A DNA stretch of 45,657 bases from NCBI GenBank assembly GCA_903847495.1, contig CAINDT010000349.1:1-45657 (forward strand), read 5' to 3'. The DNA is from an uncultured Actinomycetes bacterium (GTDB lineage: Bacteria; Actinomycetota; Thermoleophilia; Gaiellales; F1-60-MAGs149). The notes under the pieces were generated by a model that saw only the letters and a list, made by a program, of their open reading frames with translations, ran no database searches and had not been told where the DNA came from. Positions 22,997 to 31,021 of this stretch are shown here, in pieces. The position numbers were made by a program, and so were the translations under genes. Positions within the stretch are counted from its first letter, which is position 1; each line of letters starts with the position of its first letter.

Positions 22997-23634
22997 CCAA
23001 TTCTCCGTACATGGGTAGATGCGTTGGTCGTTCCGTTGACCGTCGAGGAGATCAATGCTCGCTCGCTATTGAAGTTGTTGATCATCGGGATGTAGTACCT
23101 CATCGCGCCAGGGCGGACCATATTTGCCTTCGCCCCGGTGTATAGCGCATTTATTTCAGCCTGCGTGAGCGTGACGCTCCAGAGCGCCAGCTCCGCGATG
23201 TCCCCGTTCCACTGCGGAGTCGTGACATTGTTGTCGAAATATGCGCCTGTCAGTATTCGCGTAAGGATCATGACTGACTGTTCCTGCTCGTCGAAAGACA
23301 TCACGGAGTTCAGGCCAATCCTGCGATCGACATTGTTGTTGACTATTGCGGTGACCATGTTCCACGACCCCTGGATCAGGATGTCGGTGGTTTCCCAATA
23401 GGTGCTGAAACCCGTGGATGCCGTGTCGATGAACACGCGATTCGTCGCGCCGTCGATTCCCACCGCCACGCGATTGACCACCGAACCGCCGCGCATGGTT
23501 ACCGCACTGGCGAAACCGGGGATGCCCGTTGGCCGAATCCAGAAGTTGATCGTGAAGCGACCAAATCCCGTCGGCATGACGGCATCGACGTACTGGTTAG
23601 GCGTACCGCTGATGTTGGTGAACGACATCGCCAT
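22993..23634 (-). CDS. LamG/concanavalin-like lectin-domain protein, 213 aa
   Basis: Motifs FTINFWIRP..., SWNMVTAIV and GDIAELALWSVTLTQAEINALYTG, typical of Laminin-G-3-type domains. TGATG junction. Confidence 0.7.
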   Translation of the reverse strand: MAMSFTNISGTPNQYVDAVMPTGFGRFTINFWIRPTGIPGFASAVTMRGGSVVNRVAVGIDGATNRVFIDTASTGFSTYWETTDILIQGSWNMVTAIVNNNVDRRIGLNSVMSFDEQEQSVMILTRILTGAYFDNNVTTPQWNGDIAELALWSVTLTQAEINALYTGAKANMVRPGAMRYYIPMINNFNSERALISSTVNGTTNASTHVRRIG

Positions 23635-24395
23635 CAGGATGCGCTCCGCACCTCAACCGCAATGAGTCGTGCGTCTCCCCCCATTGTGTCCGAACCAGAG
23701 CTGGCGTCACGGTAGATCGCCAATCGGTATGCGTCTCCCGCCGTAATGCCGTCAATGGCCGTGATGGTGATTTCCGCCGTTACAGGAACAGCCGCAGTTC
23801 CGTTGACGGTGGAAATCACCGTTGCCGTTGCTGCGCTGAATGAATTGATTTGAGTGCTTGTGTTGCCGCGTTCAACCTGTACACCCCAGACGCAGTTTCC
23901 CGTAGTTACACCGAGTGAACACCAATGGACCCTCACCTTGAGTCCACTGGTGAGGTCTGCCGCCTCTGGCATGACCGACTGGAAGTATGCATATTCAAGG
24001 TTCGCAGGGTCAAACTCAAGGACAGCGGTTCCGTTTCCCGTGACATTGACTGTCGCGAATTGTCCCGCTGGCGGCATATTGTCGAGCGTAGTAAATACGG
24101 CGTAGGTCTTGGTTCCCCCACCCCCGCCGACACTCACAGGTTCCCACTGCCCGTCTCCACGAAGGAACTTCGTGCTATCAGCGGTACCCGTTCCAAGTCG
24201 TGCGGTATTGAACGTCCCCGAGGTAATTGCAGACGCATCGTGGTCGTGCGTAGCCGGCACGATTCCGACGCCGCCGGCGGTCGTGCCATCGCCGATGTAG
24301 AGAATCTTCGTGTCGGTGGCGAAAACAGGCTCTCCCACAAGGGGGATCGTGCTCACCCGATCAGAGTTCGGACCTCGTTTGATCTGTAGAGGCAT
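23634..24395 (-). CDS. Tail fibre / receptor-binding protein, 253 aa
   Basis: N-terminal anchor module MPLQIKRGPNSDRVSTIPLVGEPVFATDTKILYIGDG. Fibre motif HDHDASAITSGTFNTARLGTGTADSTKFLRGDGQW. Confidence 0.75.
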   Translation of the reverse strand: MPLQIKRGPNSDRVSTIPLVGEPVFATDTKILYIGDGTTAGGVGIVPATHDHDASAITSGTFNTARLGTGTADSTKFLRGDGQWEPVSVGGGGGTKTYAVFTTLDNMPPAGQFATVNVTGNGTAVLEFDPANLEYAYFQSVMPEAADLTSGLKVRVHWCSLGVTTGNCVWGVQVERGNTSTQINSFSAATATVISTVNGTAAVPVTAEITITAIDGITAGDAYRLAIYRDASSGSDTMGGDARLIAVEVRSAS

Positions 24396-24427
24396 GGATT
24401 TACCTGGAGAAATTTCTTACGGGAGTA

Positions 24428-24703
24428 TCACGATTCACCGCCACCGCCACTAGGAGGGAAAAGTCCAAAGTCGGCATTCACGATAGTCCATACCGACCCG
24501 CTGGAGGAGACGGTGATGTCACCCTTGCTTCCATCGGTGACGCCAGCTCCGCCTCCACCGATCTCGACGACGGTCCCGTTGTCCTTCTTCGTGAAGAGCT
24601 TGCCGTCGGCGGTGTTCACCGCGAGCTCGCCTGTCACGAGGGTTCCAGCCGCTGGAGTGGCTCCAGTCGTGCTGTTGCGCTTGTGCCGAAGGGTGATCGC
24701 CAT
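24428..24703 (-). CDS. Anchor-module mini-protein, 91 aa
   Basis: MAITLRHKRNSTTGATPAAGTLVTGELAVNTADGKLFTKKDNGTVVEIGGGG plus about 40 aa. TGATG junction. Confidence 0.65.
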   Translation of the reverse strand: MAITLRHKRNSTTGATPAAGTLVTGELAVNTADGKLFTKKDNGTVVEIGGGGAGVTDGSKGDITVSSSGSVWTIVNADFGLFPPSGGGGES

Positions 24704-25788
24704 CAGAAGGTTCCGCCATCAAGGGTAATGTTGTCGATCGTGCCGCCCGTGATCGCGACGTTGCTCGCGGCCTGGGTGGACATCGTGCCGAGACCGAGGT
24801 TCGACCGCGCCGTAGCGGCATCGGTCGCTCCAGTTCCGCCGTTCGCAATGGCGACCGTGCCGGTCACGTTTGCCGCAGTACCCGTCACGCTGCCCGAGAT
24901 CGCGTTCGTGCAGGTGATGTCGTCGGTGACGACGGCGTGAGCCAAAAGGAACGACTGGCTCGCCGTCGAGTAGAAGCCCTTCGTGCCGTTGAGCAGGAAG
25001 AAGCCCTTCTGCGGATTGAGGCGAATGGACTCGCTCGAGTTCCATGCGCCGTTGGCATTGACCCAGTTGAACGTCTTGTCCGTCGCGCCGCGCAGCGTGA
25101 TGCCGCCGCCGTCCGCCGTCGTGTTCGTCGGCGAGGCGACGTTTCCGAGCGTGATGTTCTTGTCGGCCACGTCGACGGTCGTCGAGTTGACCGTCGTCGT
25201 CGTGCCGTTCACCGTGAGGTTGCCCGTCACGGTCAGGTTGGACGAGATCGTGCCGCCAGTCAGCGGAAGGTACGTTCCGGAAAGATCGGGGATGTCCGCG
25301 GCGGCGAGCATGCGGAACGTCGGGGCTCCGCTCGAGCCATTCGGGGCGGCGAACACGGTGTTGGTCGTCTGGGACGCGAGCGTACCCGTCAGGGTTCCGC
25401 TCGTCGTCACCGGCGATCCGGAGACCGTGATGAACGACGGCAGCGACAGGCCGACGCTCGAGACCGCGCTCGCCAGGTAGCCCTGGCCGTTGACCCATGC
25501 GGTCGTCGCGACGTTCGTGGAGCTGTCGCCGTTCGACACCGTCGGCGCAGTGAGGGCGCCGATGAACGCCTTCGTGCCGGAGATGGTCTGGTTGCCCGTG
25601 AGCGCCATGAAGGCGCCCTTGCCGGCAATCGCCTCGATCGTGGTCGCAGAGCCACCGATGCCGCCACTACCTTTGCCGTAGTACAGCGTGTCGTCGACCT
25701 CGTTGAAGGCGACCTCTGCGTTAGCAAGGCTAGACGGTGCGCCAGTGGCACCAGATGCACGACGCCTGATCCGAAGTGTGTTTGCCAT
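24703..25788 (-). CDS. Tail fibre protein, 361 aa
   Basis: Anchor module MANTLRIRRRASGATGAPSSLANAEVAFNEVDDTLYYGKG. Gly/Thr/Ser-rich shaft. Motif IANGGTGATDAATARSNLGLG. Ends LDGGTF. Confidence 0.8.
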   Translation of the reverse strand: MANTLRIRRRASGATGAPSSLANAEVAFNEVDDTLYYGKGSGGIGGSATTIEAIAGKGAFMALTGNQTISGTKAFIGALTAPTVSNGDSSTNVATTAWVNGQGYLASAVSSVGLSLPSFITVSGSPVTTSGTLTGTLASQTTNTVFAAPNGSSGAPTFRMLAAADIPDLSGTYLPLTGGTISSNLTVTGNLTVNGTTTTVNSTTVDVADKNITLGNVASPTNTTADGGGITLRGATDKTFNWVNANGAWNSSESIRLNPQKGFFLLNGTKGFYSTASQSFLLAHAVVTDDITCTNAISGSVTGTAANVTGTVAIANGGTGATDAATARSNLGLGTMSTQAASNVAITGGTIDNITLDGGTF

Positions 25789-25796
25789 GTGACATC

Positions 25797-26942
25797 CTAG
25801 AAGTCACCGCCGTCCACGAGGTCGGTCTGCGGGACATTCACCCACTTACCCGTGGCGGCAGAGTATGAGAAAACGTTCTTGTCTCCAACGGACGTGACCG
25901 TGAAATCCGTCAGATTTGCGATTGCATGGGTGTGTGCGGTCGGCGTGCGAGCGTCCGACAGGCGGGCGTCGTCTGCCCGGACGGCCTTGGTCGAGCTGAC
26001 CGTGCCGCTGGCGACGAAATCGACCGCGAAAGTACGGCTGGCCGACAGGTCGCCGCCGCCCGTCAGGCCAGTGCCAGCCGACATCAGGGTGTTCACGTCG
26101 GCCTTGGTCGAGTCCGAGACCGTCGCGACGGACAGCTGGGGCTTGCCACCTACGGTTCCCCAGACGAACTGGGTCGAGAGCTTGACCTCCTGTGCAGTAC
26201 CCTCGATGCCTCCAGGCTGGCGCCCAATGAGTGAGGAGGACCCCACCGGCTGGATGCTCGGGTAGGAGATCTTCTCGTTGCGCCAGACACCGGCTGCGGC
26301 ATCCCAGACGAGCGCGTCGTTGTCGACTGGCGTGGGAGCCAGAACGTCATGCAGCTCGTTGAGCTCGGGGTAGTTGATGATCTTGACGTAGATCGACCCC
26401 GCGCCGCCGCCAGCCTTCTTGATCAGCCACCCCAGGAACACGCCGTGCTTCGGCTGCACGGGCTTGTCCGAGGTGAACTGGCCGGCCACGTCCGACAGCC
26501 AGATCGGGGATCCAGACGCGCCAGTGAGCGTGTTCGTGGTGACTCCCGTCAGCAGACCTTCGGTGAGGATGATTCCAGTCGCGTTGTTGGCGATGTCCTC
26601 GTAGGCGACTCCGATGGTCTTTGAGCTGGTCGATTCCGAGTCGGCGTCCGCAAGGGCGATCGAGATCTCGGATTCTCCGTGAGCGCCATTGACGTAGACC
26701 ACCGAGCCCTTGGGGATCGTCGCTCCCGTCGAGTTGCGCGCGATCTCGCGAATTCCCGATGTCGAGATGGAATGTGCCTTGTAGCCGTTCTGCGTGGTCC
26801 TGCCGAGAACCCACATGCGTCCGGTCCGCTTGCAGACGAATATCTCGCCATCCTCAAAATTTGAAAAGTAGATTCCATTTGGATCCGGAGCGAACTGCGT
26901 TTCCTGCGAATATGCCTTTGGAATGATTGGTCCAGTGATCAT
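25797..26942 (-). CDS. Tail fibre protein, 381 aa
   Basis: Track ORF with an ATGA overlap. Motif RLSDARTPTAHTHAIANLTDF. Ends VDGGDF. Confidence 0.75.
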   Translation of the reverse strand: MITGPIIPKAYSQETQFAPDPNGIYFSNFEDGEIFVCKRTGRMWVLGRTTQNGYKAHSISTSGIREIARNSTGATIPKGSVVYVNGAHGESEISIALADADSESTSSKTIGVAYEDIANNATGIILTEGLLTGVTTNTLTGASGSPIWLSDVAGQFTSDKPVQPKHGVFLGWLIKKAGGGAGSIYVKIINYPELNELHDVLAPTPVDNDALVWDAAAGVWRNEKISYPSIQPVGSSSLIGRQPGGIEGTAQEVKLSTQFVWGTVGGKPQLSVATVSDSTKADVNTLMSAGTGLTGGGDLSASRTFAVDFVASGTVSSTKAVRADDARLSDARTPTAHTHAIANLTDFTVTSVGDKNVFSYSAATGKWVNVPQTDLVDGGDF

Positions 26943-28033
26943 GCGAGCAGTCCTTCCATCGTTGCGAGGATCTGTGCGTCCACGGATTGCAGTGCGAGAG
27001 CGGTCGTCCTTCTCGCACTCCTCATGGGTAGAAGCGGACTACCCCTGCCGGCGCAGTAGGAGAAAACGTTCGTGGGAAGCAGCGTGCCTGCGATGTTTCC
27101 TGATGCCTGGAAATCTCCGTAGCCCGCTCGCTGGGATCCATACCACGAGTCCACGAAATTCGTCGCAAAGTAAGCATGCACCGGGACGACCCCGAGGACA
27201 CCGTCTCCAGCCTCCGGGGATGAAGGAGGGGATATCTCCGCAAGGAGCAGGGATCCCGAGTCGTGAAGGAACAGTTGTCCATTCTTCGGAACCTCGGTGC
27301 CATCCGGTTTGAGAAGCTGGGATCTGTATTGATCTCGACCGCTCTTCACCGCAGCCGAAACCATTCGCAATCGTCCGATCTTGTGGTTCGAGTCTAGGAT
27401 CCACAGTGTCTGCCCGACGCCCATATTCCTTGCGTCTACAGCCTGCATCGGAGGAACCGACACGGTTCCGATGAACTCGAGGATCGAAAGATCGCACTGC
27501 GACAGATTGCAATCCAGATTTGTCGGAGGATCGGATGAATAACCAAGCATGACGTTCGTCGGAGACACGCTCGCGATGACGCTGTTGTCGTGGTCAAGCC
27601 ATCGGAACTGCATCGATGATTCAAAAAAAGTTCCCGGCGTGTAGCCTCCGGTACCGACAAATCGATAGTTCGGATTCCGAGCTCCCAGCATGTTGAAGCA
27701 GTGACCGCACGCCCACATGAACTTCTCGCTCATCACGAGAAATTGCATCGGGTACGAGTTGTAGTAGACCGGCTTGTTTGCCTCGAGTGCTGGGTTGTTG
27801 TATTCCGCATAGATTGCAGCAACAGGATCGCTGCAAACTGTGCTGAATGTGCGGAACCTAGCGGAGATCCCCCGCAATGAACGACGATATCCGTACAACG
27901 GACTGTTGGGATTCCAGCCAATCGGCCTCTTGACCGTGGAGCTGGACGGCTCTGGAAGGGTCCAGGAAATCTGATGGTCCTCGTAGATCCACAGATCCTG
28001 TGTCGCGGGGTTGTACGGGTACGGGATCAGCAT
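26939..28033 (-). CDS. Tail-associated hypothetical protein, 364 aa, lower-GC segment
   Basis: ATG at 28033 in a TGATG junction (MLIPYPYNPATQDLW...). The N-terminal 77 aa of the track ORF are Arg-rich shadow. Confidence 0.7.
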   Translation of the reverse strand: MLIPYPYNPATQDLWIYEDHQISWTLPEPSSSTVKRPIGWNPNSPLYGYRRSLRGISARFRTFSTVCSDPVAAIYAEYNNPALEANKPVYYNSYPMQFLVMSEKFMWACGHCFNMLGARNPNYRFVGTGGYTPGTFFESSMQFRWLDHDNSVIASVSPTNVMLGYSSDPPTNLDCNLSQCDLSILEFIGTVSVPPMQAVDARNMGVGQTLWILDSNHKIGRLRMVSAAVKSGRDQYRSQLLKPDGTEVPKNGQLFLHDSGSLLLAEISPPSSPEAGDGVLGVVPVHAYFATNFVDSWYGSQRAGYGDFQASGNIAGTLLPTNVFSYCAGRGSPLLPMRSARRTTALALQSVDAQILATMEGLLA

Positions 28034-28488
28034 CACGGTCCCCAGGTCAGTCCATAAACCCCGCCCACCGCGATCTCGTTGGTGATCTGGTCGAGCGTGG
28101 CGAGGATCTGCTGCTGCGTCGTCGCCGACGCCACGTCGTTGTTCTGCGATGCGGCGGTGACTCGACCGAACTGGTCGACCGTGATCGATGGCACGAGGTA
28201 CGAGCCGGCGGGAGAAGGGACGATCGGCGTCAGTCCGCCGCCTCCGGTCGCGAGCTCGATCCATGTGCTCGGAGCCGTCGCAAGCGTGTAGTACTTCGAC
28301 GCCGCCGTGACGTAGACGAGCATGCCGACGGTCTTACGGCTCAATGGAAGCGCGTCACGCGCGGCGATGGTCGCCACGGTCATCAGACCGCCTCGACCAT
28401 ACTCCGCGATGTGCGTCGGGTTGAGGTCGTTCGGCTCCGTCGGCGCGATGGGGATCCCGAGCGGGAAGACTGATTCAGAGTGCGGCAT
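28033..28488 (-). CDS. Tail fibre-associated protein, 151 aa
   Basis: Track ORF with TGATG junctions at both ends. Confidence 0.7.
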   Translation of the reverse strand: MPHSESVFPLGIPIAPTEPNDLNPTHIAEYGRGGLMTVATIAARDALPLSRKTVGMLVYVTAASKYYTLATAPSTWIELATGGGGLTPIVPSPAGSYLVPSITVDQFGRVTAASQNNDVASATTQQQILATLDQITNEIAVGGVYGLTWGP

Positions 28489-28679
28489 CAGAAGTTTCCT
28501 CCGTCAATCTGGTCCCCGTCCTGCAAGCCGCCTCCGACCTGCACGACGGTACCGTTCGACTTCTTGACGTACACCTTCCCGTCGGCGGTGTTCATCGCCA
28601 TCTCGCCGAGCTGCAACTGCACTGGCTGCGGAACCGCGCCAGGAGTCGAGCTGCGCTTGAGCAGGAAGGTGTCTGCCAT
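28488..28679 (-). CDS. Anchor-module-only mini-protein, 63 aa
   Basis: ATG at 28679 in a TGATG junction. Product MADTFLLKRSSTPGAVPQPVQLQLGEMAMNTADGKVYVKKSNGTVVQVGGGLQDGDQIDGGNF. Confidence 0.6.
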   Translation of the reverse strand: MADTFLLKRSSTPGAVPQPVQLQLGEMAMNTADGKVYVKKSNGTVVQVGGGLQDGDQIDGGNF

Positions 28680-31021
28680 CAGTAGACCCCTCCGTCGTAG
28701 GTGTTGTCCGTGAGCGGCGTCGGGCAGTCGCCGTCGATCGCGTTGGTCAGGCAGAAGTAGGCGACCGGAGTGTCCGCGGCACGATCCACGTCTTCGGTAT
28801 TCTCGAAGCGGACGGACATGTAGAGCGTGGCCTGCACGATGACCTCGTGCTGCTCGCCGAGACGATCCAGTCCGATGGGCAGGATGTCGAAGCCGCTCTG
28901 CGCCAGCGGGAGCTTGTAGCCCGGTCCCGCGAACGTCGAGGTGTTCGCGAGCTCCGCGAGGTTGTAGGCGAGGATCGTCTGGTCCGCCCACGTCGTGTCG
29001 AGCTTCGAGAAGTCCTTCAGCTGACCGGGCCATGATGCAAGCGGGTTGTTCGGCGGAGGCGGGTAATGGCCGGACGAGTTGTCGAACACCATTCCCTTGT
29101 AGATCAGCTTCGCCCGGTAGCTCCAAGCCTTCACGCCGGCGTTGAAGGGACCGTCGTTGCCCGTGATCTTGATCAGGCAGGGTATGCCGAAGGGCCACTC
29201 GACGCTGATGTGGTTCTTGCCGCGCGCATCGCGCCACGACTTGGCGAGTCCGCTCGTCGAGACCTCGAGTGGCCGGTCGTCGGCCTGCGGCACGAATAGC
29301 GGGTCGTAGTAGTCGCTGTAGATGCGCGTCGTCGGAAATCCGAAGCCGCTCGAGTCGGTCTGCAACCGGTACTCGATCCACGCCGCTCCCATCCACGTTT
29401 CCTCGGGAGGAGGAACCTCGATCCATCCACGGAACCAGAGATCGCAGACCCCGTGGCGCCGCCGAAGATTGACGGCGTTCATGTAGTACCAGCTGATTTC
29501 CTCAAAGTCTCTCGAAGTCAGCTTTGGGGTGGTTATCAGTGATGGTGTAGTAAGGTCGTAGAACAGATCCTTACTTCTGTTTACTTTTTCTTTGATAGCT
29601 GATGTTTGAGCGACTGCCAGCGGCTCATCAGCAAATATCGCTGAATTAGATCTGTTGCCGGCATCACCAGAGAAGTACCCGTTGTAGATGCCGGGGATGT
29701 TCTGCGAGAAGGGTTCCGGAAGATAATTGCTCGTCAGCGCACTCGCCGTGCGGTTGTAGTGATCTACCTTGAACACATCCGGAGGACGGCCATCTGGAAT
29801 GTTCGCGTGTCTGACGACAACGTCTACATTTTCCTTGGATGTCTCCACGAATGGCGCGTAGCTGATGATCCTGTTCACCCACTTGAAGTTCTGTCCCTGA
29901 CTTGGGTTTCCACCAGTGACGAACGAACTCATTTCCCCGAACACCGAGCCGGCGATCAGGTCGTCTCCGTACCTCTCCATGTATTCACGGAACGGGTAGA
30001 TCGTGTAGTCTGAATTTCCCTGGATCGACCTGCTGTATCCAAGTGGGGTGAACTCGTACTGACCAAGAGGTTCCTCAAGCCCACGCGGACGAACATGCAT
30101 CGCCACACCGCATTTGGTCATCAGGTAGTCGCAATACTCGACAAGCGGCCTGCTCGTGATGCTGTCCATTCCCGGGAAACCAGTGAACCACTCTTCGCTC
30201 GGCGATATTCCGTATAACTGTGAATAGCTTTGATATACGGTGTTGTGGAAATCGATGTTTCCGCTGCCAGAACCGAGGTTAAAGATCCCATTGTTTGGAT
30301 CGGTGTCCAGCATCCCAAGCTGGACTGTCAATGCGTAATAGACAAGTACCTTGGGACTTCGACGGCCATCTGCCAGATCGAAGTTCTGGAGGACAAGATC
30401 GTTACGCCATGACCTGGGAGCTATTGTCTTGTTCGGTTCATCATCCAAAATCGCTTTATTCAGCCTTGTTCCACGATGCAGCCATCGGCTGTCGTGGAAC
30501 GACAGGATGTACAGGGCTTCTCCCTCATTGGTGACGAGTACCTGCTGTTCACCCGTAACCGGGTCGATGACAGGATCTCCATTCTCGTCCGTGATTGGCT
30601 TCCGAAGGACGATTCCACTCGCAGTAACCGCAAGAGGCGTGATGTTCGCAAGCCACATCCGATTGAAGCAAGTCGTTTGCGCGCCCGGAGGAAGAGTGCC
30701 TCCGCTCTTGAGCCAGATGCGAAATGGTCTATCTTTGTTTAAAGTATCTTGTGGCTCGAGAGCCTGCCAGTTGTCCTCTTCCTTCATCAACAAGCGGAAC
30801 AGGTCGCTGCGCAAAACCAGGATCTTCGCCGTCGCGTACCTCGAGAGGCCGAAGATCGGCCACTTCAGACTGTTGATGTCCGCGGTGTCGATGTTCTGCC
30901 GGCGGCAGATAGCCTCGATCTCCGGCGTGAGAAGGCGCGCATAGATGCTGCGCAAAGAAGGTGTCTCACCGGGAAAATCCCGAGAGATCTCGATCTCGAC
31001 TCCGCCGACGCTTGCACTCAT
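28679..31021 (-). CDS. Large distal-tail / hub-like structural protein, 780 aa
   Basis: Track ORF with an ATGA overlap. Placement follows the tape measure protein and the 673-aa protein. Compositionally mosaic. Confidence 0.7.
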   Translation of the reverse strand: MSASVGGVEIEISRDFPGETPSLRSIYARLLTPEIEAICRRQNIDTADINSLKWPIFGLSRYATAKILVLRSDLFRLLMKEEDNWQALEPQDTLNKDRPFRIWLKSGGTLPPGAQTTCFNRMWLANITPLAVTASGIVLRKPITDENGDPVIDPVTGEQQVLVTNEGEALYILSFHDSRWLHRGTRLNKAILDDEPNKTIAPRSWRNDLVLQNFDLADGRRSPKVLVYYALTVQLGMLDTDPNNGIFNLGSGSGNIDFHNTVYQSYSQLYGISPSEEWFTGFPGMDSITSRPLVEYCDYLMTKCGVAMHVRPRGLEEPLGQYEFTPLGYSRSIQGNSDYTIYPFREYMERYGDDLIAGSVFGEMSSFVTGGNPSQGQNFKWVNRIISYAPFVETSKENVDVVVRHANIPDGRPPDVFKVDHYNRTASALTSNYLPEPFSQNIPGIYNGYFSGDAGNRSNSAIFADEPLAVAQTSAIKEKVNRSKDLFYDLTTPSLITTPKLTSRDFEEISWYYMNAVNLRRRHGVCDLWFRGWIEVPPPEETWMGAAWIEYRLQTDSSGFGFPTTRIYSDYYDPLFVPQADDRPLEVSTSGLAKSWRDARGKNHISVEWPFGIPCLIKITGNDGPFNAGVKAWSYRAKLIYKGMVFDNSSGHYPPPPNNPLASWPGQLKDFSKLDTTWADQTILAYNLAELANTSTFAGPGYKLPLAQSGFDILPIGLDRLGEQHEVIVQATLYMSVRFENTEDVDRAADTPVAYFCLTNAIDGDCPTPLTDNTYDGGVY

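Noticed and set aside
27385-27394. GGTTCGAGTC, which resembles a tRNA T-loop.
   Set aside because: It lies inside the 364-aa coding region, and the flanks do not form acceptor or T stems. I found no tRNA elsewhere either.
22993-28679. A diversity-generating retroelement acting on the fibre genes, prompted by the Mtd-like N termini.
   Set aside because: No reverse transcriptase ORF exists anywhere in the genome, and I saw no template/variable repeat pair with adenine-specific differences.
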